A DNA stretch of 64,000 bases from Candidatus Poribacteria bacterium. Lineage in GTDB: Bacteria > Poribacteria > WGA-4E > PCPOR2b. Shown here in pieces: positions 1 through 8,779 of this stretch. The position numbers were made by a program, and so were the translations under genes. Under the pieces are notes generated by a model that saw only the letters and a program-made list of their open reading frames with translations, did not search any database and was not told the DNA's origin. Positions within the stretch are counted from its first letter, which is position 1. Each line of letters starts with the position of its first letter. The stretch covers positions 992,001-1,056,000 of the forward strand of contig OZ220744.1 of the NCBI GenBank assembly GCA_965116925.1. The letters run 5' to 3'.

Positions 1-593
1 CTTGGACAATCAAAGGTGTGGTCTTTCGTCTGTACTTCAACGGATTTAACTCAATGTTTTCCTGGACGGTTTTTCTGTTGATTGGTATGTGGTTAGGACG
101 GCAGGAGGTGCACTATCCCAGAGTGCGTAGAGATGTGCTCTTCGGCGGAATCGGCGTTGCCTTGGTTATGGGCGGTGTTTTATGGATGCTGTCTTTCGAG
201 TTACCACGTAGCTTTCATCCAGCAAGCATTTCGGAGTGGTTGGGTATGGAAAATGCCACGATACTGGCCATATCACTTAGTCTCTTTGCTATGTGTGGAA
301 TTGCCAGCGCAATCACTGGAGGCAGCCTCATGCTAACCGAGAAATATCCAGATGCAAAATGGATAAAACCGTTCATAGCAACTGGCCAACTTGCCCTGAC
401 GCTCTATGTTGTCCATTTGGTTATCGGCAGGGGGCTGCTTGAAGTACTTGGGGTTGTTGGAAGTAAAGCACTCCCGTTTGCAATCGGAAGTGCCGCCATA
501 TTCTGTATCTGCGCGGTCATATTTTCTCATGTTTGGAGAAAACGATTTGAGCGAGGGCCTTTGGAGTGGGGAATGCGCCGAATCACAGGATAG
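1..593 (+). CDS. DUF418-family membrane protein, 5'-truncated by window edge
   Basis: Hydrophobic ORF ending GQLALTLYVVH...FERGPLEWGMRRITG, the DUF418 C-terminus; paralogous to the next gene. Confidence 0.8.
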   Translation, partial: WTIKGVVFRLYFNGFNSMFSWTVFLLIGMWLGRQEVHYPRVRRDVLFGGIGVALVMGGVLWMLSFELPRSFHPASISEWLGMENATILAISLSLFAMCGIASAITGGSLMLTEKYPDAKWIKPFIATGQLALTLYVVHLVIGRGLLEVLGVVGSKALPFAIGSAAIFCICAVIFSHVWRKRFERGPLEWGMRRITG

Positions 594-596
594 CTT

Positions 597-617
597 GGGG
601 CGGTTCTGAACCCCTAC
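597..617 (-). repeat. GTAG-type REP-like hairpin
   Basis: ggggcggttctgaacccctac just after the stop codon; same style as other GTAG palindromes in the window. Confidence 0.45.
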
Positions 618-660
618 TAATTTTGGAATTGACGGGGCGTGTTCAAGCGGGAAAAATCAG

Positions 661-1764
661 ATGAACAAGCGTATCGCCGGTTACGATTTTGCTCGATCAC
701 TCGCGTTGTTTGGATTGGTGGTTGCCAATTTTAGGGGAGAGGTTGAACAAACTGACTACGGGCTGTATCACCTTATCCAGTCACGATTACATTCTCTTAT
801 ACCAGGAGATGCTGGCACAATCTTCTTGGTGCTAGGTGGAGTCGGTATATCTCTCCTGACACAACAGGTCCGAATAACAAGCGATGCACATGGAATTACG
901 GATAACCGAAAGCGATTGATACAACGCGCTGCGTCCTTATTAGTGGTTGGTATCTGTTGTAACTTAATTTGGACCACAAATTTCCTAGGCTTCTACAGTA
1001 TTTGTATTATTATTGGTGCACTGTTGCTGACGGTTTCCAATCGCTGGTTATGGTTACTCGCCTTCATGTTCGTCCTCATCTCTGTTGTATTCATTGTTTT
1101 GGTTCACGGCTATTTTGACTATTATGAGTTCCTCCTGAATCGGGACGTGCTTCGGGATACCAACCCTTGGACGGTCGAAGGTATGGTCTTTCGTCTGTAC
1201 CTCTATGGTTTTAACTCGATACTTTCTTGGACAGCCTTTCTGCTGATTGGTATGTGGTTGGGACGGCAGGAGGTGCACCCTCCCAGATTGCGAAGGAATA
1301 TGTTGTTCGGCGGAATCGTCGTTACGCTAGTTGCGGAATGTGCTTTATGGCTGCTAATTTTCGGTGTTTTATGGCTACCGAGTGGCTTTTATCCAACAAG
1401 TATTTTAGAGGGGCGTATAGGCAATATGTTCATACTGATTAATTCGCTTGATCTCTTTGCTAAGTGCGGAACTACCGCTGTAATCATTGGGGGGAGCCTC
1501 ATGCTAACCGAGAAGTATCCAGATGCGAAGTGGACAAAGCCGTTTATAGCCACTGGCCGGCTTGCTCTGACGCTCTACGTCGCCCATCTGGCCATCGGTA
1601 TAGGACTGTCAAAGGTTCTTGAGGTTCTGGAAAATAATGCATATCCATTTGCAATCGGAAGTGCGATTATATTTTGTATATGCGCGGTCATATTCTCCCA
1701 TTTTTGGAGAAAACGATTTGAGCGTGGACCGCTGGAGTGGGGTATGCGGCGAATCACGGGATAG
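661..1764 (+). CDS. DUF418-family membrane protein (YeiB-like)
   Basis: N-terminal RIAGYDFARSLALFG, many TM segments, C-terminal RGPLEW. Confidence 0.85.
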   Translation: MNKRIAGYDFARSLALFGLVVANFRGEVEQTDYGLYHLIQSRLHSLIPGDAGTIFLVLGGVGISLLTQQVRITSDAHGITDNRKRLIQRAASLLVVGICCNLIWTTNFLGFYSICIIIGALLLTVSNRWLWLLAFMFVLISVVFIVLVHGYFDYYEFLLNRDVLRDTNPWTVEGMVFRLYLYGFNSILSWTAFLLIGMWLGRQEVHPPRLRRNMLFGGIVVTLVAECALWLLIFGVLWLPSGFYPTSILEGRIGNMFILINSLDLFAKCGTTAVIIGGSLMLTEKYPDAKWTKPFIATGRLALTLYVAHLAIGIGLSKVLEVLENNAYPFAIGSAIIFCICAVIFSHFWRKRFERGPLEWGMRRITG

Positions 1765-1831
1765 CTTGAACAAAAGATTACAGGAATTAAAGAGAATCCA
1801 AGCTGCCACCTATTTGTTAAAGCTGCAGCTC

Positions 1832-1916
1832 TGCCTTTCGCTCCAGCGGAGCGATATGTCTATAGAAACGGTGATAGATCTAATGCCTGCACTCCAGAGG
1901 AGTGCAATGTGGATAA
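1832..1916 (+). repeat. REP-like doublet (GCTCC-N3-GGAGC hairpins), copy 1
   Basis: tgcctttcgctccagcggagcgatatgtctatagaaa plus second unit tgcactccagaggagtgcaatgt; 36/37 identical to 10069-10105. Confidence 0.75.
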
Positions 1917-2027
1917 CAGAGATAACCGAGCAATCATTGATTGATATGTGTCAATGTTTTATCAAAGTTGTCACGAAATTTGCACGGGTATAAACTCAAT
2001 CCTATAAAATTGAGGAGGAAAGAGAGC

Positions 2028-2966
2028 TTGAAGAGACATATTTATGCACTTATCACCTTCGTCTGCATTGTTAGCTACTTCGGTTGTGCTGGTGATAAGA
2101 CACCGACGGGTTGGGGGCAAATCGAGGCGGGAACAGAGGCGCACCTGTACGGTGTACACTTTGTTGACGCCAAACGTGGCTGGGCAGTTGGCACAGGCGG
2201 TTTGGTGCTATTCACACAAGATGGCGGTTCGACATGGCTAGTTCGCTCGCCTCAAAGAGCGATTACTCCTAACGCACTCAATAAAGTGCATTTCTCTACT
2301 CCCAACAACGGTTGGTCGGTCAGTATCAGAGGACAGATCCACTATACGGGAAGCGGCGGCAAATCGTGGACGGCACAAAAAAGCAATACGGACAGTGGAT
2401 TGCTCGACATCTATTTTCTAGATGAAACAGAAGGTTGGGCGGTCGGTGGAGGTGGTATCATCCTTCACACGAATAACGGTGGCGGTTCGTGGAGTCGCCA
2501 AAATTCACCGTCGACACCACACCTGTGGGCTGTGCATTTTGCTGATACGAAGCACGGCTGGGTTGTTGGCAAGGAGGGGAAGATCCTTCACACAAATGAC
2601 GGCGGCGGGCTCTGGTATGAACAACAGAGCAAGACCGAGCGATCACTGCTCGGTGTCTATTTTGTCAACCCACAGACGGGTTGGGTCGTTGGAACGGGGG
2701 GATTGATCCTGCATACTACCGACGGGGGTGCGAACTGGCAGTCCCAGAAAAGTGCTACAACGAAAACCTTGCGTGGCGTTGCATTTCGGGATTCCAAGCG
2801 GGGTTGGGCGGTCGGTGAAGATGGACTAATCCTACATACCACCGATGCCGGGGCGACGTGGTTGCCTCAAGCGAGTGGATCGCCAGAGCATCTTCTGGAC
2901 ATCTGTCTGTATAAAGCACACGCTTGGATCGTTGGGTCAAAAGGCACCATTTTACGTCTCAGTTGA
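2028..2966 (+). CDS. YCF48-like/BNR-repeat beta-propeller lipoprotein
   Basis: Repeated GWAVG..G.ILHT.DGG..W units; TTG start at 2028 after GAGGAGG; signal ending YFGC. Confidence 0.88.
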   Translation: MKRHIYALITFVCIVSYFGCAGDKTPTGWGQIEAGTEAHLYGVHFVDAKRGWAVGTGGLVLFTQDGGSTWLVRSPQRAITPNALNKVHFSTPNNGWSVSIRGQIHYTGSGGKSWTAQKSNTDSGLLDIYFLDETEGWAVGGGGIILHTNNGGGSWSRQNSPSTPHLWAVHFADTKHGWVVGKEGKILHTNDGGGLWYEQQSKTERSLLGVYFVNPQTGWVVGTGGLILHTTDGGANWQSQKSATTKTLRGVAFRDSKRGWAVGEDGLILHTTDAGATWLPQASGSPEHLLDICLYKAHAWIVGSKGTILRLS

Positions 2967-3071
2967 AACTTTGCCCGATATGGTGCAATTTAGATATTCC
3001 AAACCTAACCGAATCGGGCTGCAGGTAGTTTTGACAGTACTATTTATTCCCTTGAATTTTGGGAGGCGTAT

Positions 3072-3623
3072 ATGTATTGGAAATTGTTTTGCTTGTTCAG
3101 CCTCATCCTCTGCTTGCTATCATTTTTCGGATGTTCAGACGATACAAGCGACAAAATGACAGATACCGGCGATGTAAATGAAGATTCATCGTTTCAACTT
3201 GCCCCTAATTTCACGCTGCTGAACACAGAGCTGGAAGAAGTTAGCCTCTCTGATTATCAGGGTAAAGTTGTTATTGTGGATTTCTGGGCGACATGGTGTA
3301 AACCTTGCGAGGAAGAAATTCCACGCTTCATTGAACTATACGCCGAATATCGAGCGCAAGGATTTGAGATGATCGGTATCTCAACGGATGATGTAGAAGG
3401 ACGTCTAAAAAGTATTGAACTTTTCTTTCAGGAACTCAGTAAAGAAGGCTTCGACATCAATTACCCGATTCTTCTAGCAGCGTCCGACGTTATTCAAAGC
3501 TATCAAGTGCCTGTACTACCGTCCGCATATCTTATCAATCGTGATGGAGAAATTGTAAAGGTGTTCAGCGGTGCACAAGAAGATAAAGCAACCTACGAAA
3601 GCGAGTTAAAAAAATGGTTATAA
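3072..3623 (+). CDS. TlpA-family thiol-disulfide oxidoreductase lipoprotein
   Basis: APNFTL...GKVVIVDFWATWCKPC; signal ending FFGC. Confidence 0.92.
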   Translation: MYWKLFCLFSLILCLLSFFGCSDDTSDKMTDTGDVNEDSSFQLAPNFTLLNTELEEVSLSDYQGKVVIVDFWATWCKPCEEEIPRFIELYAEYRAQGFEMIGISTDDVEGRLKSIELFFQELSKEGFDINYPILLAASDVIQSYQVPVLPSAYLINRDGEIVKVFSGAQEDKATYESELKKWL

Positions 3624-5047
3624 GAGATGGACTAAATAAAATTCAACTAATGATGGTTTTGGCGGCTGCTCTTATGTTGTGCCTTAGTTGCGGCAGCGAC
3701 GACGAATCTATCGTGGAACCGGATACCTCCGTGGAGCCAGACACATCAACCGGGGAGCCTGATCCTGTTGCTGCAACAGGCAGCCTAAAGGGAACGGTCG
3801 ACAAGATTGACGGTATCTCAGTGGCTATCCGCGTCCTACAAAATGGCAATGCCGTTGCCTCTGCTACAGCGGATGCCGATGGAAACTACCAAATTGATAA
3901 TATTGCACCGGGGACTTATACAGTCGAAATTGGCGCGAAGGGATATGAAACTGCCAAACAAACCGTTCAGGTTAGCGCGGATAAAGTTGCATCGCTGGAT
4001 AGAGCGGTGCTCAAGGAGTTAGAAATCCCCGTTGCCCATATCCAAGGCACCTTATCTGATCGACTAAAGGGAAGTCCCCTTAGCAACGTCCGCGTTCGAC
4101 TTGTTGATGCAGCGGGTAATTCCCGCGAGGTGTTGACGACGCAAACGGGTGCCTATCAATTTGAAAATGTCCCCACAGATCAGCGATTCACCGTCATCGT
4201 CCAGCTTGACGGGTTTGAAAAGGAGGAGTTTTCTGTTGATCCAATCGCAGCTGGCCAAACCACTATGTTGGACATCGCGCTTGATGCGTCTCTCCTTATT
4301 CGCGGGCTCGTACTAGATCAGGTCACGAAAAAACCTGTTGTCAATGTGCGTGTTCAATTAACCGATGGAGCAGGGGCTGTCTTGGAAACAGCAACAACGG
4401 GGTTGGGTGCCTTTGAGTTTGAAGGGGTTACACCGGATCCGCAACTTACGCTTACTATTGAGTCCAATGAACATGAGAAACTCGAATTGCCTGTTGGTTC
4501 CATTGGAGGCGGAACGGAACATTTCGATCTCCAGCTTATTCCGCTCAACCCGGAGCAACTTCCAGAAGGCGATGGTCTTGCTATTGGCTTGAAAGCGCCG
4601 GACTTCAACCTGCCTAATAGTGATGGGGAGATGGTAGCCCTTGCAGATTACGCAGGCGAGCAAAAGGTTGTGCTCGTCTTTGACCGCGGTGGATGGTGAG
4701 GTTCATGCATTGTGCAACTCGGAGAGTTGCAACAAGATTATGCAGCAATTCAGGCGGCGGGGGCTGAACTTCTCGCAATCAGCACAGATAACGCAGCACA
4801 GGCAAAGAAGGCGATTGCGGATGTTAAAAGGCGGGTTGGCGTTGAAATTGAATTTCCGCTGCTTGGAGACCCGGAATTGAAGGCAATTAATGCGTACAAC
4901 GCAAGGGATCCACTAAATCCTCGGATCGCACGTCCCATGACCTACATCATTGATGAGAGCGGGGTTATCCGCTGGAAATTCCTTGATGTGCGCGTTGGAA
5001 ACCGGCTGAAGGGCGATAGGATTGTGGCGGAGTTGAAAAGTTTGTAG
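3614..5047 (+). CDS. Predicted selenoprotein lipoprotein: three carboxypeptidase-regulatory-like domains plus AhpC/TSA (Prx-like) domain with UxxC; Sec UGA at 4697-4699
   Basis: ORFs 3614-4699 and 4712-5047 are in frame: APDFNL...VLVFDRGGW-TGA-GSCIVQLGELQ...RPMTYIIDESGVIRW; hairpin just downstream; signal ending CLSC. Confidence 0.85.
4710..4735 (+). promoter_or_regulatory. Putative bacterial SECIS element
   Basis: tgcaactc-gga-gagttgca perfect 8-bp stem (4713-4731), extended by ttg/caa; G-containing loop starts 22 nt after the UGA. Confidence 0.7.
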
Positions 5048-5108
5048 GTAGTCAAAGTTCAAATAGGATGAATGATTACTGTCGAGTTTTGAAGGTGAGG
5101 AGACAACA

Positions 5109-5342
5109 ATGTTAAACGTTCAATTTGAAAGTGTGTCTGAAAACCGTGTCTTAATACCTAAGGGGACTCTGGAAAAGCTAATCCAGTTAGCTAGCCAAGT
5201 TGATGAAATTGAAATCAATGAGATATGTGATAAGACGCAAGCAGAACGTGGTTCGCTGCAAGGGATTTGGAAGGGAAGTCAAGTCAGTGAGAAGGACCTA
5301 CTTGATGCTCGCCGTACTCTTTTTACCTATGAGGAGCCTTAA
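5109..5342 (+). CDS. Putative antitoxin of a type II PIN (VapBC-like) pair
   Basis: 77 aa; stop overlaps PIN start (TAATG); RGSLQGIWKG motif like small PIN partners. Confidence 0.65.
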   Translation: MLNVQFESVSENRVLIPKGTLEKLIQLASQVDEIEINEICDKTQAERGSLQGIWKGSQVSEKDLLDARRTLFTYEEP

Positions 5343-5640
5343 TGAATTATGTGACTGATACGCACGCAATCGTCTGGTATTTCGCAGACGATCCGAGGCT
5401 AAGTCCAAATGCGCGTCTAGCTTTTGAGCAAACAATAACAGTTGGTGTGATTATTATTCCTATCATTGTGTTGGCTGAGATAATGTACATCTCCCAGAAG
5501 GGAAGAATTTCTATGACCTTTGAAGAAACTCTTTCCCATATTGAGACGTATGAGAATTTTCGCATTGCCGCATTGGACCTTGATATTCTTGGGGTTGCGG
5601 CGAACGTTGGCGGCGATTTAGAAATGCACGATAAACTATA

Positions 5641-7005
5641 CTAAAGTTTAGACAATTTTAATGCAAAAAGGCAGAAAAGAGGTTATCCTTTCAGAAATCC
5701 ATCACAATTTTGAAAGGAGAAGTTATGTACCTCATATTCTGCCTGAATGCTATTTTAACCGATTTTCGTCCGTTATTCAAGTCTCAAAACTTTCATCTGT
5801 TTTGTGTCTTTGTTGTGGGACTTATCACACAGCGCGAAGGTGCGACGCTGACCGGCATTTATCAAGCGGTTCGTCCGAAAACGGGTTACCACTCGCTGGT
5901 GAAGTTCCTTTCGCGTGGCAAGTGGGACGCCGATAGAGTCGGTCACCATCTGCTGAAGTTGTTACAGAGGTGTTTCGATAACTGGGTCTACGTTTACGAT
6001 GAGACGCACGCACGAAAGACCGGCGAGACACAATTTGGACTTCATTTTTTCAGGAACCATCGCTATCACACACGCAACACGAATCAATCGAAGTTTCACC
6101 ATGGTCATCAGTTTGGTGCATTGGGATTACTTTGTAGCACCGTCCACGAGACGATACTTTTTCCGGTGTTTGTCAAGTTGATGTGTCCACAGACAAAGCG
6201 CGACACTAGTGAGTCAGTCCTCAAACGGATGTGCAGCCGCATCCCTGCGGGACTGATTATCTTTGACCGGGGATTCGCTCGACAGAAAGTGTTTGGCTGT
6301 GTCCTTAAAGCGGGACATCACCTGTTGTGTCGTGCCAAGTCGAATGCAGTGTTCTATCGGTTACCTACCGCTGCCAAGCAATCCAAACCCGGCAGACCTA
6401 AGAGATACGGCAAACGGATTCATCTGCCGTATCTGCGGTATAAAACGACTGACATTGACGACAAACAGTATGCCATAGCAAGTATAGTCGCCCGAACCAA
6501 AATGTGTCCACAACCCGTTCGGGTCGTGGTGATGCGAACGCGTGACAAAAGGCGTAAGCCGTTTCGATACTTCTGTGTCTTTACCACTGACTTAACTCTA
6601 GATTTACCGCAGATTGTTCGATACTACCAAAAGAGATGGTTGATTGAGACCGCCTTTCGGGACACCAAGCAACACTTCGGATTTGACACCTATCGGGTCA
6701 AGTGTCGAAAAAGTATCAATCGGTTTGTCCAACTCAGTTTCATAGCCAGTTGCATGACCCAACTGTTATTCGCTGTCACTTCCCATACTGACACGCCGGT
6801 AACCATCGAGCAGGTAACTCAGACATTGGGCATTGATTGGTATCGACCCGCTAAGTTGACACGCGGGTTGATGGTGCGGTATCTACGGACTTTAATGGAA
6901 AACCGATTAGTTTCTGCGATGTTCGGTAAAAACATCAATGCCGACGATATTCAACAAACCCTTGATACGGCTACATCAAGAAAATAAAAATTGTCTAAAC
7001 TTTAG
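5641..7005 (+). mobile_element. IS4/IS701-like insertion sequence
   Basis: Perfect 19-bp TIRs CTAAAGTTTAGACAATTTT (5641-5659, 6987-7005); 9-bp TSD TAAACTATA at 5632-5640 and 7006-7014. Confidence 0.93.
5725..6987 (+). CDS. DDE transposase (IS4/IS701-like)
   Basis: YVYDET, IFDRGF and YQKRWLIETAFRDTK (Y-2-R-3-E-6-K); ATG after AAGGAG. Confidence 0.92.
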   Translation: MYLIFCLNAILTDFRPLFKSQNFHLFCVFVVGLITQREGATLTGIYQAVRPKTGYHSLVKFLSRGKWDADRVGHHLLKLLQRCFDNWVYVYDETHARKTGETQFGLHFFRNHRYHTRNTNQSKFHHGHQFGALGLLCSTVHETILFPVFVKLMCPQTKRDTSESVLKRMCSRIPAGLIIFDRGFARQKVFGCVLKAGHHLLCRAKSNAVFYRLPTAAKQSKPGRPKRYGKRIHLPYLRYKTTDIDDKQYAIASIVARTKMCPQPVRVVVMRTRDKRRKPFRYFCVFTTDLTLDLPQIVRYYQKRWLIETAFRDTKQHFGFDTYRVKCRKSINRFVQLSFIASCMTQLLFAVTSHTDTPVTIEQVTQTLGIDWYRPAKLTRGLMVRYLRTLMENRLVSAMFGKNINADDIQQTLDTATSRK

Positions 7006-7012
7006 TAAACTA

Positions 7013-7114
7013 TAGTGAATTCAAAAAATAAACAGACACTTTCGCCCTCCACCTGGTAGGCGCTGTTTCCAACTGCGCCGATTTGGAGTGTCTCATTAAT
7101 TCTAAAATCTACTA
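7013..7114 (-). mobile_element. MITE family A (TA target duplication), copy 1
   Basis: Imperfect ~28-bp TIRs tagtgaattcaaaaaataaacagacact / agtgtctcattaattctaaaatctacta; TA on both sides; homologous to 18216-18319 and 20701-20861. Confidence 0.85.
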
Positions 7115-7215
7115 TAATTGTCGCAACTACGCTTTATTTCGATGCCCATTTGATTACCAAAGATGGGCAAATCACTCAAAGCGGAGTTGTAAATACTGTT
7201 TGGTAGACTTAGTGA

Positions 7216-8394
7216 ATGCATTCAATGACAGATAAAATACGACCCACATCCGATCCCATTGTTGCACAGATTCAAGTGGACTGCGACCAGATTTCACGTA
7301 CACAGGCTGCCATACCACAATCGGTGAGTCGCCGCCGATTTTTGCGTCAGGCGTCGAAAGGCGTGTTTGGGATGGGACTCGCGTTGGGAGGCGTAGCTTC
7401 AGCCACTAAAGGGGCTTTTGCTCAGTTGGGGCGTCAGTCCGGCGGTTCGCCGGGAGAGATAATCGAAGAAGAACTCACGCCGCTGGTCGAAGCGAGAAGT
7501 GAAAAAGTTTGGAATGGCGACATGCTTGACGAGGGGGTTGTCAGTGAGATGATTGATCGCGCAATGATGAAGCTGACCGGGCTTGATTCTGCGAAAGAGG
7601 CGTGGAAGGATTTTGTCCTTCCGACAGACATCGTTGGAATTAAAATCAATCCACTTGCCGGAGAGAAGTTGAGCACCCATCGCATAATCGTTGATAAGAT
7701 TATTGAAGGGTTGTATGGAGCGGGTATCCTCAGCAATCAGATCATCATCTGGGATCGGTTTGAATCTCACCTAATCAATGCGGGGTATGAGATCAATCAA
7801 AGCGATCGAGGGGTTCGGTGCTTCGCATCGGACAGCGAAGGTGTCGGTTACGACGATGAGGTTTTCTACGAAACTGAGAAGGATGTCGCGGTTCGCCGCG
7901 AGAATGAAAGTATCCTGTCCCGATACACAAAACTCCTCACTAAAGAGTTGACAGTGGTTATTAACGTCCCGGTGATGAAGCATCATGGGATTGCTGGTGT
8001 GAGTGGTTGTCTGAAAAACCTCGCCTTTGGGAGTGTGGATAACACCTCCCGTTTCCACTCAAATCCCATAAATTGTAACCCCGCTATCGCTGATATCTTC
8101 GCGCATACTGTCCTCAAAGATAAAGTTGTTTTGAACATCGTTGATGGGTTGCTTGCCGCGTTCGATGGGGGACCGACGTATGACCCCAACGGGGTTTGGC
8201 AGTATGGTGGTATCCTTGTGAGTCAGGATCCGGTTGCATTGGACCAAATTGTCTATCAAACGATTGAGGAAAAGCGGAAGGAGCTTGAGTTGCCGACCCT
8301 CTCGCGGATATCGAAATACATCCGTTCAGCATCAAGGATGGATTTGGGCACTAACGACCTTGATGATGTGGATTATCAAGAGGTAAAGATATAA
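7216..8394 (+). CDS. DUF362-domain protein with twin-arginine signal
   Basis: SRRRFLR plus hydrophobic stretch; VGIKINP, INVPVMKHH, SGCLKNL, DPVALD motifs. Confidence 0.85.
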   Translation: MHSMTDKIRPTSDPIVAQIQVDCDQISRTQAAIPQSVSRRRFLRQASKGVFGMGLALGGVASATKGAFAQLGRQSGGSPGEIIEEELTPLVEARSEKVWNGDMLDEGVVSEMIDRAMMKLTGLDSAKEAWKDFVLPTDIVGIKINPLAGEKLSTHRIIVDKIIEGLYGAGILSNQIIIWDRFESHLINAGYEINQSDRGVRCFASDSEGVGYDDEVFYETEKDVAVRRENESILSRYTKLLTKELTVVINVPVMKHHGIAGVSGCLKNLAFGSVDNTSRFHSNPINCNPAIADIFAHTVLKDKVVLNIVDGLLAAFDGGPTYDPNGVWQYGGILVSQDPVALDQIVYQTIEEKRKELELPTLSRISKYIRSASRMDLGTNDLDDVDYQEVKI

Positions 8395-8451
8395 TTGACT
8401 GAAGGGCGAGAAGAATCTGTTTCACATTTGAGACAAAAGGAGATAAACGCT

Positions 8452-8691
8452 ATGAAAAGTCTTTGGTTAGGTTGCACGGTTTTGGTTGTAGTTTTCGGAT
8501 TAATCGCTCTCTCCGGCTGCGTCACAACTTTCACCTCGAGCGGACAATTACAAGTTGGGTTGTCCCAATCGGCGAACGAAACGGTAGACATCCTTGCGGA
8601 TTTCGAAGCTAGCGAAGCGACTACGGTTGCCGGTGATGTGACGAAAAAAGCGGGTAGCATCTGTGCGGGCGGAGCTTGTATAATCTACTAA
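8452..8691 (+). CDS. Small lipoprotein with C-terminal CAGGACIIY tail
   Basis: ATG after AAGGAG; signal MKSLWLGCTVLVVVFGLIALSGC with LSGC lipobox; 79 aa. Confidence 0.75.
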   Translation: MKSLWLGCTVLVVVFGLIALSGCVTTFTSSGQLQVGLSQSANETVDILADFEASEATTVAGDVTKKAGSICAGGACIIY

Positions 8692-8779
8692 AAATTATCT
8701 GACTTTATTCATGGGGACAGGCCATCCTACGGAACAGCTTTGGGAGTAGTGCCCCTATTTTTTCGGGAGGAAACAGGAG

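Larger units (their letters stand above)
5342..7206 (+). pseudogene. PIN-domain (VapC-like) toxin interrupted by IS and MITE; segments 5342-5638 and 7117-7206
   Basis: MNYVTDTHAIVWY...LEMHDKL joins in frame to IVATTLYFDAHLITKDGQITQSGVVNTVW* (128 aa) once both insertions are removed. Confidence 0.88.

Noticed and set aside
1941..2027. Longer N-terminus for the YCF48-like ORF
   Set aside because: A strong RBS and signal peptide support the TTG at 2028.
4712..5047. Separate 111-aa ORF
   Set aside because: It lacks the N-terminal half of the redoxin fold and is in frame with the upstream ORF across a UGA; treated as one selenoprotein.
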